A program made the position numbers and the translations under genes. The notes below the pieces were generated by a model. It ran no database searches and was not told the DNA's origin. It worked only from the letters and a program-made list of their open reading frames with translations. From the NCBI GenBank assembly GCA_965203175.1, contig OZ241867.1:448001-512000 (forward strand): a stretch of DNA of 64,000 bases, written 5' to 3'. Shown here piece after piece: positions 1-11,300 of the stretch (position 1 is the first letter of the stretch; each line of letters opens with the position of its first letter). The stretch comes from Candidatus Latescibacterota bacterium. GTDB taxonomy: Bacteria > Latescibacterota > UBA2968 > UBA8231.

Positions 1-843
1 GTCGTCGTCAATTAGCATAATCGTCGCCGATTCAACCGTCTTACCGCCGCCAGCATGGCCGCTGATCGCAACGGGAAGATCTTCGTCGATCACATCGTCA
101 TTGATGGGGATGAAGGTGATTGTTTCCGTTGTCCTTTTCGCGCCAGCCGGAATCCTGAGCGTGGTTAGCTCTATCAGGTAGCGAGTATTAAGCCCCTCAG
201 GGGGGATGCTCAAGAGCACATACGTATCCGCATCCACCGCGGTATCATCTGTCACTTCGACTGTCACTTCGACCTCGGTTTCACCGGCGTCCTCGCGCAC
301 GCTCGCAGGATTCACCGACAGCTTCAGGTTCACCTGCACCGTTTGCTGGGCACTGCTCTCCAGTTCCTCATCGGAATCCTCCGCTACCTCGGTGGAATCC
401 TCCGTATCCTCCGTTGTCGCTGGGCCGGGCACAATCGCCGTCAGGTCGCTCGCCAGGGCCCGGTCGTCCGCCGTGCATACCGCGCTGGCCGCCTCGCAAT
501 CGACGGTCGGCGACAGGGAGATGGACACATCCGCGTTCGGCTCCGGCACAATGGTGATCTGCCAGCCTATGTTGCTGCCCTGCTGCAAGCGCCGCGCCCC
601 TGTCACCACACCGCCGGTCACATCGAGCACATCGTCCCGCATGTTCACGTAGCTCATCTCGATTTCCTCACTGAAATGCACCTCGAACGTGAACTCGCTG
701 CCGTCGTGCGACTCAGGTATCGCCTCAAAGCGCGCCGTCAGCGTCTGCGCCGCAGTCTCCCCGGCCCATCCCAACGCCAAACCAGAAGCCAACAGCCAAG
801 ACAAATAGGCTAGGCGCTGCATCAACAACTTTGTATGTACCAT
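1..843 (-). CDS. Secreted Ig-like/Calx-beta-like surface protein, array member (partial, runs off the window start; absent from ORF track)
   Basis: Hand translation from ATG at 843 (GGGGAGG SD upstream): MVHTKLLMQRLAYLSWLLASGLALGWAGETAAQ signal peptide, a Cys-pair domain, then LKLSVNPASVREDAGETEVEV..., clearly paralogous to the 4627-7608 gene. Confidence 0.88.
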   Translation of the reverse strand, partial: MVHTKLLMQRLAYLSWLLASGLALGWAGETAAQTLTARFEAIPESHDGSEFTFEVHFSEEIEMSYVNMRDDVLDVTGGVVTGARRLQQGSNIGWQITIVPEPNADVSISLSPTVDCEAASAVCTADDRALASDLTAIVPGPATTEDTEDSTEVAEDSDEELESSAQQTVQVNLKLSVNPASVREDAGETEVEVTVEVTDDTAVDADTYVLLSIPPEGLNTRYLIELTTLRIPAGAKRTTETITFIPINDDVIDEDLPVAISGHAGGGKTVESATIMLIDDD

Positions 844-891
844 TACTCTACCTCCCCAAAAAGAGTGTTACCTGTTGATTTATAATATAGA

Positions 892-927
892 AAATAGGGC
901 CTCAAACTGAAGTTTGAGGCCCTATTT
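892..927 (-). terminator. Conserved intergenic stem-loop copy 1 (terminator or processing/stabilising hairpin)
   Basis: Perfect 16-bp stem aaatagggcctcaaac/gtttgaggccctattt with a 4-nt loop, about 28 nt after the stop of 955-4386. Confidence 0.75.
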
Positions 928-1560
928 CTCCGCTAGTACACAGTGTAGTAGTTGCTACTTGAGCAGCAGCATCTTCTTGACTTCGCGGAACTCTTCACCC
1001 GCCTGCAAGCGGTAGAAATACATCCCCGAAGACAAGCTGTGCCCACTGTCGTTGGTCGCGTCCCACTCCACTGCGTAGCGACCCGCGCTCTGATGCTCGG
1101 CAACCAGCGTCCGCACCGGCTGACCAACCACGTTATACACGGTCAACTCCACATCCGCCGCCTGCGGCAGCGCATACTTAATCGTCGTGGCCGGGTTGAA
1201 CGGGTTGGGGAAGTTGTCCGCCAAGGAAAAGGCCGTCGGCCGCGTCTGCAACGACAGCGACGCGGTCGCTCCATTGGCGTCCGTAACCGTGTACGCATAG
1301 GCGGTTTCGGCCGCCGCCGTCGGCGTCCCGACAATGGTTCGCGCGGCCGCATCAAACGTCAAGCCCGCTGGCAGGGCCGGCGACAGGCTGTAGGTCAGCG
1401 GTGCGGTGCCGCCCGATGCTGCCGGCAGCACGATGCTCTCCACGCGCTGGCCAACGACGAACTCGCGGATTTCAGCCAAGTCGTGCGAAGCCGTTGGCAC
1501 GACCTTACCGGAGGAGCCGAAAAGGTCGAAAAGATCGCCAAAAGTTGGCTCCTCTTTGAC
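892..1560. repeat. Long direct repeat (hairpin + C-terminal tail + last He_PIG module), near-identical to about 7657-8323; first ~350 bp also matches 4567-4920
   Basis: By-eye alignment shows long identical nucleotide runs, e.g. ctacttgagcagcagcatcttcttgacttcgcggaactc at 955, 4627 and 7718. Confidence 0.9.
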
Positions 1561-4386
1561 CGTGATAGAAAAGGTCACTGCGATGGTGTTTTCGGCTTCG
1601 TCAATCACCGTGTAGGTGACGGTGACTGCGTCGTCGGTCGCGGCCGTAGGCGTGCCCGAAATCGTCCGCGTGGCCGCGTCAAACGTCAGACCCGCTGGCA
1701 AGCCCGAGACACCATAACTTAGCTCACCAGTGCCGCCCATAGCTGTCGGCAACACGAGCGGGGGAATTGCCGCGCCAACCGTGTACTCTTGATTCGCGAC
1801 CGCGGCGGCAAAGCGAAAAGACGTATCCGATGAATCTGGCTCGGCCGACACCGTTGGCTCCGCTGCTGGATCGCTCAGCGTGATCTCTACTCCGTCCCCC
1901 TCCAGCCCGTCAACCACACCGATCAACCTAATGGTCTCGTCGCCCTCCGCTAAAGTATCGACAACTGGGAGGACAACAAACTGCCTCGACCCCGTTATCG
2001 AGCCGGATAGAATCACAAGCGATGCATCGGGATTGAACGACGAGGCGTAGTCCGCACCGCTCGTCGCTGTTGACCCATTATAGTCAACGGACAGGGTCAC
2101 GGTTGTATCCTCTGTCAACGCCTGACCGTCCAACGTGGCGGTCACCTCAACAGAGGTCCTGCCGTCTTGCTCGTTTATCGTGTGCGGCTTCACTGATAGC
2201 ACGATGGACGTACTCGGCGTTTCGTCGTCGGTGATCGTGATATCCGTCTGCGCTGAGTCACCTAATGCGGTTACCCGCACACCCAAGGACCTACGGCCAT
2301 CCATCTTAGCGTTGTCAAGGGGGTTGAGAGTAATCGTCCTCGTCCCTTCGGTCTCGCCTGCGGAAATGGTGATGGCCTTATCACTAGGTAGGCGTACCTC
2401 GTAATCGACATCGGGCACGGCCGGCGTGCCTGCACTTGGAGACACAAGATCGAACTGCACGGTCTCATCAGCCGGTGCGGCTTCCGCCAAGGTAGCTGTC
2501 AGGGTGATTTCCGTCGGCCCAGCGTCCTCGCGGATTGACGAATGACCTGACACCGAAATCGCGAGCGGTGGTTTAGGAGCAACCTCGATAGTGAAGCGTA
2601 GTACCGCGCTTTCGGGATTTTCCGCGTCGCCATCGAGCACCGTGTAGATAACGGAGACTGCGCCATCGGTCGCGGCCGTCGGTATCCCCGCAAGCGTCCG
2701 CGTGGCCGCGTTAAACGTCAAGCCTGCCGGTAGGGTCGAGACGCTGTACGTCGGGATGCCATCGCCCGTAGCTACCGGCAGCACGACAGGGGTAATCGCC
2801 GTGCCAACCGTGGCCGACAGATCGGCGGCGGCACCTGCAAAGGTAGGTGTTGTATCGCCTGCCGGCAGTTCCACACGCTTGCCAGCATCTTTCAGCGTTA
2901 TCGTCGCGGTATCGACCGCGATAGGATCACCATCTTCGTTTTGGGGATTGCTCGCAACCCTAAAGGTGATCGTCTCATTGGGCTCCACAGTCCCGTCGTC
3001 AATTGGGGTGATAGTGACCGTCCCCGAGCCCTGTGTCTGGCCGGCTGGAATCGTCAGAGAGGCGCGCGGGCGCACATAGTCCACATCGCGTATCGCCGTA
3101 CTAGCATCGGTCTGGAAGAGCAGGATCACGTCTTCGTCCAATGCCTTACCTGTTAAAGTTGCAGTGATCGTAACCTCAGTCGCCCCGGCGTCCTCTCTTA
3201 TCTCAGTAGGATTCGCCGACAGCTCAATGGACTGACTAAGCGTTTCGTCGTCGAGGATCGTGATCGCCGTCTGCGCCGAACCACCTGATGCGGTGGCCTG
3301 CACGCCCAAGGACCTATTGCCATCCTCCTCTTCATTATCCAATGGAGTGAACGTGAGAGTCGCCGTCCCCTTGGTCTTGCCAGCCAAAATGGTGATCGCA
3401 CTACTCGGAGGCAGTGTTGCTCTGTAGTCGACATCGCGCACGGCCGAGCCTGAGCCTGACATAATCCTGAACGTCACGGTCTCGTCAACCACTGAAGCTT
3501 TGTCCAAGGTAACTGTCAGCGCGATTTCCGTCTGTCCAGCATTCTCGCGGACCGAGGCAGGAGTCGCAGTCAGACTTGTAACACCAAGACTGGCGGTTGT
3601 TATTCTGATTTGTCCGGCAATAACATTCATGCCAGCTACATTACCCGTCAGCGTAATAATGCCAGTCCCTTGGTCCTTGGGAGTGATGGTAATCGTCGCT
3701 GTCCCCGACGCCTTGCGCCGGCGAATTTCTATCGTAGCTAGCGTCGCAGAGTAATCCGTATCGCGCCTCGCACTAGAACTAGCCTCATCAATAAGTAATT
3801 GAAAAGACACGTCGCTGGTCATCACCTTTCCATCCAATTCTGCTGTCACGACGATTTCGGTTGGACCAGCCCTCTTGCTTAGCATGGCCGGAGAAAACGT
3901 GAGGCGGATATTCTGACTCGCCTTGTCGTCGTCAATCAGCGTAATAGACGTCGAAAGGACCGGAGTAACACCGGCCGAGCCAGAAATCGTGATGTTAAGA
4001 TCATCAGCGATTCCGTCGTCTACATCATCGTTTCCTTTGAGATCATCATCAATAGGGGTGAAGATGATCGTCCCCGATGCCCGACTCTTGCCCTGCCGAA
4101 TGATAAGAGTGGGTAGCTCTATAACGAAGCGACTGTTGAGACCAGCCGTGCTTGGTGTCAAGTTCACATAGATATCATTAAGCACATTAGCTAATTCATC
4201 AGAATCGTCGTAATTTTTGGCTGTCACTGTGATTTCGGTCCTACCGGCTTCCTCGTGCACCCTCTCTCTGTCCACAGATAGCCGAATTTCCGCCGCCTTC
4301 ACGGGAGTCCATCCCAACACCAAACCGGCGGCCAAGAGCCAAGGCACATCGGCCAAACACCGCGTGAATAATTTCGTGCGTATCAA
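955..4386 (-). CDS. Secreted protein with Calx-beta-like and putative Ig (He_PIG) domains and a T9SS type A/FlgD-like C-terminal domain
   Basis: TTG start with AGGAGG SD; signal peptide; REDAG/RDVDY modules; LPAGLTFDAATRTISGTP repeats; NFPNPFNP...SSGMYFYRL...KKMLLLK tail. Confidence 0.9.
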   Translation of the reverse strand: MIRTKLFTRCLADVPWLLAAGLVLGWTPVKAAEIRLSVDRERVHEEAGRTEITVTAKNYDDSDELANVLNDIYVNLTPSTAGLNSRFVIELPTLIIRQGKSRASGTIIFTPIDDDLKGNDDVDDGIADDLNITISGSAGVTPVLSTSITLIDDDKASQNIRLTFSPAMLSKRAGPTEIVVTAELDGKVMTSDVSFQLLIDEASSSARRDTDYSATLATIEIRRRKASGTATITITPKDQGTGIITLTGNVAGMNVIAGQIRITTASLGVTSLTATPASVRENAGQTEIALTVTLDKASVVDETVTFRIMSGSGSAVRDVDYRATLPPSSAITILAGKTKGTATLTFTPLDNEEEDGNRSLGVQATASGGSAQTAITILDDETLSQSIELSANPTEIREDAGATEVTITATLTGKALDEDVILLFQTDASTAIRDVDYVRPRASLTIPAGQTQGSGTVTITPIDDGTVEPNETITFRVASNPQNEDGDPIAVDTATITLKDAGKRVELPAGDTTPTFAGAAADLSATVGTAITPVVLPVATGDGIPTYSVSTLPAGLTFNAATRTLAGIPTAATDGAVSVIYTVLDGDAENPESAVLRFTIEVAPKPPLAISVSGHSSIREDAGPTEITLTATLAEAAPADETVQFDLVSPSAGTPAVPDVDYEVRLPSDKAITISAGETEGTRTITLNPLDNAKMDGRRSLGVRVTALGDSAQTDITITDDETPSTSIVLSVKPHTINEQDGRTSVEVTATLDGQALTEDTTVTLSVDYNGSTATSGADYASSFNPDASLVILSGSITGSRQFVVLPVVDTLAEGDETIRLIGVVDGLEGDGVEITLSDPAAEPTVSAEPDSSDTSFRFAAAVANQEYTVGAAIPPLVLPTAMGGTGELSYGVSGLPAGLTFDAATRTISGTPTAATDDAVTVTYTVIDEAENTIAVTFSITVKEEPTFGDLFDLFGSSGKVVPTASHDLAEIREFVVGQRVESIVLPAASGGTAPLTYSLSPALPAGLTFDAAARTIVGTPTAAAETAYAYTVTDANGATASLSLQTRPTAFSLADNFPNPFNPATTIKYALPQAADVELTVYNVVGQPVRTLVAEHQSAGRYAVEWDATNDSGHSLSSGMYFYRLQAGEEFREVKKMLLLK

Positions 4387-4566
4387 GACACAACCTCCTA
4401 AAGAAAATATGAGACCTGGATTAGAAACGGCATATTCTAACCTTGACGGAAGAAACTATTTATATGAAAAATGCAGGATAAACGAAATATATGCTACTGC
4501 CCTGCCCAACTGACCTGCCTGCTGACGCAGAGACCAAAAGAAAAGCTGCGATAAGTGAGCACATGA

Positions 4567-4602
4567 AAATAAGGCCTCAAACTCCAATTTGAGGCCCTAT
4601 TT
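4567..4602 (-). terminator. Conserved intergenic stem-loop copy 2
   Basis: aaataaggcctcaaa/tttgaggccctattt; the single mismatch is a G-U pair on the minus strand. Confidence 0.72.
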
Positions 4603-4920
4603 CACTAACGCGCTGTTTAGTGGTTGCTACTTGAGCAGCAGCATCTTCTTGACTTCGCGGAACTCTTCACCCGCCTGCAAGCGGTAGAAATACATCCCCG
4701 AAGACAAGCTGTGCCCCCTGTCGTTGGTCGCATCCCACTCCACTGCGTAGCGACCCGCGCTCTGGTGCTCGGCAACCAGCCTCCGCACCGGCTGACCAAC
4801 TACGTTATACACGGTCAACTCCACATCCGCCGCCTGCGGCAGCGCATACTGGATCGTCGTCGTTGGGTTGAACGGGTTGGGGAAATTGTCCGCCAAGGAG
4901 AACGCTTCCGGCCGCGTCTG
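4567..4920. repeat. Direct repeat copy (hairpin + C-terminal tail coding region)
   Basis: Near-identical to about 892-1250 and 7657-8015. Confidence 0.88.
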
Positions 4921-7608
4921 AACCACTGCCTTCGCCGCTCCGGGGTCGCTTATCGTGATCTCTACCTCGTCGCCCTCCAGCCCGTCAATCGTCCCGATCA
5001 GCCTGATGACCTCGTCGCCCTCCTCCACGTTGTCGGCGACAGGGAGGATAGAAAAATCCATCGTCCCCGTTATCGACCCAGCCGGAATCTCAATCACAGG
5101 AGTAAATAGCGCGGAGTAGTCCAAATCGCGCTGCGCCGTGGATTCGTTATCAATGCTCACTCTCACGGTCGCGTCCTCATCCAACGCCTTGCCGTCTAAC
5201 GTGGCGGTCACCGCAATAGTGGTCAAACCGGCATTCTCGTCTAACGTGCTCGGGTCCGCCGACAGCGCGATAGCCGTACTCGGCGTTTCGTCGTCGCTGA
5301 TCGCGATGTCCGTCGACAGGGCCGCGCCGGTTGATACCAGCGTAGCCTGCACGCCCAAAGCCTTTAGGCCCTCTTCAGCATCATCGTCGATCGGAGTGAT
5401 AGTCAGCGTCGTCGTCCCCTCGGTGGCACCGGCCGGAATGGTGATAAGCCCCTCCAGTACCACCGTGTAGTCCACATCTCGCACCGCCTCCGTCCCCTCA
5501 CTTGGAGCCACGATAACGAACCGCACGCTCTCGTCAGCCGTTGAGGCGGCCTCCAAAGTAAACGTCAGTGCGACTGCCGTCGCCGCAGCGTCCTCGCGGA
5601 TCACTGCAGGCACCGCCGTCAGTCCAGCAGCCGCAACCTCAGTTGCTAGATCAGAATTGCCCGTGATAGAGAAAATCAACGTGGCCGTGTCGTCGCCGTT
5701 GTCTGTCACCGTGTAGGTGACGGCAAGCGCACCGTCGGTCGCCGCAGTAGGTGTACCCGCCAGCGTCCGCGTGTCCGCGTCAAACTCCAACCCCGCTGGT
5801 AAAGCCGAAACGCTATATATAAGCGGCGCGTCGCCGCCTGAGGCCTCCGGCAGTACCAAGTCGGCAATCGCCGTACCAACCGCGTACGTCTGGTCGGCGA
5901 TAGCAGCGTCCGCAGCGAAGGAAGGCGCGCCACCCACGCCGGTGTCTTGCAGCGTGATGTCCACCGTGCTGACCGTCAGCGTGACATCCTCCTCGTCAGC
6001 ATATTGGGCAGTAATTTGATTGTTGGCGTCCGGCACCGTCAGCCTGATGGTCTCGTCGGCCTCCACAGTCCTGTCGTCAGTAGGGGTAATGGTGAACGTC
6101 GTCGTCCCCGACGCCGCGTTGGCCGGAATCGTCAGCGAAGGCGCGGTTGCCAAGTAGTCTACATCGCGCATCGCCGCCTCATCGTCGTCATTCACCACGC
6201 CGTCGCCATTAATATCTGCATCAATGGTCAAGAGCATGACCACATCGCTGTCGAACACCTTCCCGTCCAACGTTCCGGTCACGATAACATCGGTCGTACC
6301 GGCCCCTTCGCTTATCGCAGCCGGAGTCGCCGTCAGCCAGATATTCATGCTATTCGAGTCGTCGTCAATAAGCACTATCGTTCTAGTCGCCAATACGTCG
6401 CCGACCCTAATCTGTATATAGATCGTCCCGCGCCGAACTGCATCAGTGTCGTTCTTGGGAGTGATGGTAAACGTCGTCGTCCCCACGGTAGCACCAGCCG
6501 GAATGGTGAGCGACTCACCAAAGATCAGCTTGTAATGCACATCGCGTAGCGGAGTCTCCGTCACCGTATCACCAGACGGCAAAACAGCACCGGCTGGCAA
6601 AACCGAGAGATTCACCGTCTCGTCCCCGACCAAGGCCTCCGTCAAGGTGACGGTCAGCTCAATCGTCGTCTCACCCGCGTCCTCGCGAACCCTCTCCTGA
6701 CTGAGCGCAATGGCATCGGCCGTGGCTGTGACCTCCTTCTTTAGTGCTATATCCACGGGGTTAAGCGTTAGCCCATCATCTGCAATCTGTATCCCCGCCG
6801 CGTCCGTATCCTTATCAGGAGACGCTATCCGGATCGTACCAGGCAACTGCTTCTTGGGGGTGATGGTAATCGTCGCCGTCCCCGACACCGACCTTCGCGA
6901 AATCGTCAGCGTCGCCAGCGTCACCTCGTAGTCCACGTCGCGCCGTGCCTCGCGATTGTCCTTGGTCGCATCGGCCTCGTCCATATCGCCATCGTCATCC
7001 GCATCGGTGTTGGGGTCGCTCGTCAAGTCGGGATGATCGCCAATGACCAAGGAAAAGCTCGTATCCTCGTTTAGAACCTTGCCATCCAAGGTGGCCGTCA
7101 CCGTGATGTCGGTCGCGTCGTCGAACCTAGTTAGCTCGGCAATATCCACCGACAGATCGATGTTTTGGCTATCCTTGTCATCGTCAATCAGCGTAAGTGT
7201 CGCCGATTCAACCGTCTTATCGCCACCAGCATTGCCGCTGATCTCGATGGGAAGATCTTCGTCGATGATATCGTCATTGATGGGAGTGAAGGTGAGCATC
7301 CCCGTTGCTTTCTTCTCGCCAGCCGGAATCCTGAGCGTGGTTAGCTCTATGCGGAAGCGAGTATTAAGCCCCTCAGTGGAGACACTCAAGAGTACAGACG
7401 TATCCGCATCTACCGCAGTATCATCCGCAACTTGAACGATCACCTCGACCTCGGTCTCACCGGCGTCCTCGCGCACACTCGCAGGATTCACCGACAGTTC
7501 CAAGTCCGCCTGCCCCGCAGCCTCCCCGGCCCATCCCAACGCCAAGCTAGCACCCAGCAGCCAAGGCACACAGACCAGACGCTGCATCAATAACTTTGTA
7601 TGTAGCAT
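4627..7608 (-). CDS. Secreted Calx-beta-like/He_PIG protein with T9SS-like C-terminal domain
   Basis: Start moved from 7671 to the ATG at 7608 (MLHTKLLMQRL..., GGGGAG SD, matches paralog starts); same module set and tail. Confidence 0.9.
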   Translation of the reverse strand: MLHTKLLMQRLVCVPWLLGASLALGWAGEAAGQADLELSVNPASVREDAGETEVEVIVQVADDTAVDADTSVLLSVSTEGLNTRFRIELTTLRIPAGEKKATGMLTFTPINDDIIDEDLPIEISGNAGGDKTVESATLTLIDDDKDSQNIDLSVDIAELTRFDDATDITVTATLDGKVLNEDTSFSLVIGDHPDLTSDPNTDADDDGDMDEADATKDNREARRDVDYEVTLATLTISRRSVSGTATITITPKKQLPGTIRIASPDKDTDAAGIQIADDGLTLNPVDIALKKEVTATADAIALSQERVREDAGETTIELTVTLTEALVGDETVNLSVLPAGAVLPSGDTVTETPLRDVHYKLIFGESLTIPAGATVGTTTFTITPKNDTDAVRRGTIYIQIRVGDVLATRTIVLIDDDSNSMNIWLTATPAAISEGAGTTDVIVTGTLDGKVFDSDVVMLLTIDADINGDGVVNDDDEAAMRDVDYLATAPSLTIPANAASGTTTFTITPTDDRTVEADETIRLTVPDANNQITAQYADEEDVTLTVSTVDITLQDTGVGGAPSFAADAAIADQTYAVGTAIADLVLPEASGGDAPLIYSVSALPAGLEFDADTRTLAGTPTAATDGALAVTYTVTDNGDDTATLIFSITGNSDLATEVAAAGLTAVPAVIREDAAATAVALTFTLEAASTADESVRFVIVAPSEGTEAVRDVDYTVVLEGLITIPAGATEGTTTLTITPIDDDAEEGLKALGVQATLVSTGAALSTDIAISDDETPSTAIALSADPSTLDENAGLTTIAVTATLDGKALDEDATVRVSIDNESTAQRDLDYSALFTPVIEIPAGSITGTMDFSILPVADNVEEGDEVIRLIGTIDGLEGDEVEITISDPGAAKAVVQTRPEAFSLADNFPNPFNPTTTIQYALPQAADVELTVYNVVGQPVRRLVAEHQSAGRYAVEWDATNDRGHSLSSGMYFYRLQAGEEFREVKKMLLLK

Positions 7609-7656
7609 TACTCGGTCTCCCCGAGAAGAGTGGTTGACTGTTGGTTTGTAATATAA

Positions 7657-7694
7657 GAAATAGGGTCTCAAACCGCAGTTTGAGACCCTATTTC
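7657..7694 (-). terminator. Conserved intergenic stem-loop copy 3
   Basis: Perfect 17-bp stem gaaatagggtctcaaac/gtttgagaccctatttc with a compensatory C-G to T-A change relative to copy 1. Confidence 0.75.
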
Positions 7695-8323
7695 ATTAAC
7701 GCGCTATGTAATGATTGCTACTTGAGCAGCAGCATCTTCTTGACTTCGCGGAACTCGCCGCCCGCCTGCAAGCGGTAGAAATACATCCCCGACGACAAGC
7801 TGTGTCCCCTGTCGTTGGTCGCATCCCACTCCACTGCGTAGCGACCCGCGCTCTGGTGCTCGGCAACCAGCGTCCGAACCAGCTGACCAACCACGTTATA
7901 CACGGTCAACTCCACATCCGCCGCCTGCGGCAGCGCATACTGGATCATCGTGGCCGGGTTGAACGGGTTGGGGAAGTTGTCGGCCAAGGAAAAGGCCGTC
8001 GGCCGCGTCTGCAACGAAAGCGACGCGCTCGCCCCATTGGCGTCCGTAACCGTGTACATATAGGCGGTTTCGGCCGCCGCTCTCGGCGTGCCCGCAATGG
8101 TTCGCGTGACCGCATCAAACGTCAAGCCCGCGGGCAGGGCCGGCGACAGGCTGTAGGTCAGCGGTGCGGTGCCGCCCGATGCTGCCGGCAGCACGATGCC
8201 CTCTACGCGCTGACCAACGATGAATTCGCGGATTTCAGCCAAGTCGTGCGAGGCCGTCGGAATGACCTTACCGGAGGAACCGAAAAAGTCAAAAAAGTCG
8301 CCGAGCGACAGCCCCTCATTGAC
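7657..8323. repeat. Direct repeat copy matching about 892-1560
   Basis: Same nucleotide sequence at an offset of about 6763 with scattered substitutions. Confidence 0.88.
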
Positions 8324-11300
8324 CGTGATGTTGAAGGTCAACACAGCGGCGCTCCCGCCGCTGTCGATCACCGTGTAGATGACGATGACCGCGCCATCGG
8401 TCGCTGCCGTAGGCGTGCCCGAAATCGTCCGCGTGCCCGCGTCAAATACCAAGCCTGCGGGCAGGGCCGAGACGCTGTACACCAGCGGTGCAGTGCCGCC
8501 CGATGCTGCCGGCAGCACAAGCGGGGTAATCGTCGTCCCAGCGGTGTACGATTGGTCTGGGATCGCGGTGTTGTCGGCGAAGGCGAGGGACGAATCACCC
8601 GGATCACCCGGATCACCCGGATCAGGCGTCATCGGTGCTTGGTCGCTCAGGGTGATCTCTGCCTCATCTCCCGCCAGCCCGTTAACTACACCGATCAGCT
8701 TGATGGTCTCGTTGCCCTCCACTAGATCGTCGTCGATTATGCGGATCGCAAACTGCGTGGACCCCATTATCGCGCCGGCTGGAATCACAATCAGCGGATT
8801 GAATAGCGCAGCGTAATCTACATCGCGCGTCGCCGTTGACGTACCATCAATGGCTATTACCACAGTTGCGTTCTCTCCCAACACCTTCCCGTTCAACGTG
8901 GCGGTCACCGTAACATTAACCTCACCGCTTCCCTCAATTATCGCGTGCGGATTCACCGACAGCGCGATGGCCGTACTCGGCGTTTCGTCATCGACGATTT
9001 TGATGTCCGTCATTAGCGTCGCACCAGAGGCGAACGTAGCCTGCACACCTATTGCTCTCAGGCCGTCCACTGCGGTGTTGTTAATGGGGGTGAAGGTGAG
9101 GATCGTCGTCCCAACGGTAGTACCGGCCGGAATGGAAACAACCGTCTCCAAGGATGCAACGTAGTCCACATCGCGCACGGCCTGCCTGCCTTCGCTTGGA
9201 GCAACAACCGTGAACGTCACGATCTCGGGTGCGGTCTTGGCAGGATCCAAGGCCACGGTCAACGCGATTTGCGTCGTCCCAGCGTCCTCGCGGATCACCG
9301 AAGGAGTCGCCATTAGCTGCGCATCGGCAACCGGGGGCGGCATCTCACCCTCTTCGACCGTGATGGAGAAGATCAACGCGCTGGCGTCCCTGTCGCTGTC
9401 GATCACCGTGTAGATGATGGTGACCGCGCCATTGGTCGCAGCCGTAGGCATGCCCGAAAGCGTCCGCGTGGCCGCGTCAAACACCAAGCCCGCCGGTAGA
9501 GTCGAGACGCTGTACGTCAGAGGTGCAGTGCCGCCCCTAGCTTCCGGCAGTACGAGCGCGTTTATCGCCGTTCCAACCGTGTACGATTGGTTGGCAATCG
9601 AATCCGCGGCAGCGAAGGTCGGGCGCGTCGGATCCTGCGGCCCAGGCTGCTCCCCGACCGCGCTGGAATCTTTCAGCGTTATCGCCACTGGAGCGACTAT
9701 CAGCTCCTGGATGTCCCCATCTTCATCTATGGCTCTGGGGTTCCCCAGACTCCTCAAGCCGATCTTCTCGTCGCCTTCCGTCCTGCTGTCGGCGAGGGGA
9801 GTGATGGAGAGCGTCGCCGTCCCTTGTATCGCGCCGCCTGGAATCACCAAAGGGCTAAGGACGGCTGTGTAGTCTAAATCGCGCGTCGCCGCCTTATCAT
9901 TCTCATCCACCTTTCCATCGTTATTAATGTCGTCACTAATGACCAAGGCCACGACCACGTTATCGCCAAAGACCTTCCCCTGCAAGGTGCCGGTCACTGT
10001 AACTGCGGTCGGACCTGCTCCCTCGGTTATCTGGGCTGGACTCACCTCTAGCGTGATCGAATCGCTCGTCGTGTCGTCGTCGGTAATCAGGATTCCCGTG
10101 CTGAAGAGTGGGTTGTTGCCAACCCTCGCATTCACCGTGAAAGCTCGGGGATCATCTTTGTCGTTGTTGTCCCTGGGGGTGACGGTCATCGTCGTCGTCC
10201 CCTTGGTCTCACCCTTCGGGATGATGAGCGGCTCCACGCTCGCAGAGTAATCCACATCGCGCTGCGCCGCCACAGCACCGTTGAAATCGTCACCCGGAAT
10301 GTCGCTGTCGTCCGAAATAGTGAACTGCACTATTTCGTCCGTCACCAAGGCGTTTTGCAAGGTAACTTCCAGCGTGATCACCTTCGGCCCAGCGTCTTCG
10401 CGGATCGAGAAAGGCGTTGCTGTCAGCCCAGTAATCGCTTTAGCGGGATCACCTGTTAGATCGATTGACGCACCATTAACCATTATCGTACGTCCATCTT
10501 CAACTTGCGGGTTTTTACTAGCAACCACCCGAATGACGCCGGTTCCCGCGTTCTTGGGGCGGATGGTAATCGTCGCCCTCCCCGATATCCTGCGGTCTGG
10601 AATGGTTATCGGGGCCATCGTCGCAGTGTAATCCACATCGCGCTCCGCGCTACCCGCAAAATCCTCATCAAGAGTCAAGGCAAAGCGCAGGTCTTCTCCC
10701 AGCGTACTTCCATTTAGGGTGGCCGTCACGACGATATCGGTCGTACCATCACTCTTGCCTATACTGGCATCAGAGAACGAGAGATTGATCTGTGTACTTG
10801 GCTTGTCGTCGTCAACTAGCTCAATCGTCGTATCCCCGACGTTCCCAGCACCGGCCCTACCTTCGATTGTGATCGGAAGATCATTGTTTTCGACCGCATC
10901 ATCAATGGGAGTGAAGGAGATCGTCCCCACCGCCTCTTTCTCGCCTTTCGGAATCCTGAGAGTGGGCAGCGTTATGAGGAAGCGGCTGTTGAGACCGGCA
11001 ACGGATTCTGCTGCGAGATTCAAGGCTACATACGTATCCACCGTCACTGTGTTGGGTGTTTTGGCTTTCACCGTGATATCGGTCGTACCGGCATCCTCGC
11101 GCACACTACTAGGATTCACCGTTAGGGTAATAGCACCCTCCAGCAGTTCGTCGTTGTCTTCGATCGTGCCTGTCGCCATCGCAGTGGCCAGCGTCACGCC
11201 GGCCGACGGGCTCGACAGCGTCAGCGTAAAGGTCTCCTTCGGCTCATTGAAACTGTCGTCTGTGGTGAGCACAGACACCGTCTTAGACATCTCACCCGAT

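Noticed and set aside
955-8015. Repeated 3' ends as DGR template/variable repeats or a shufflon
   Set aside because: All copies are coding and in direct orientation, the differences are not evidently adenine-specific, and no reverse transcriptase or invertase is present
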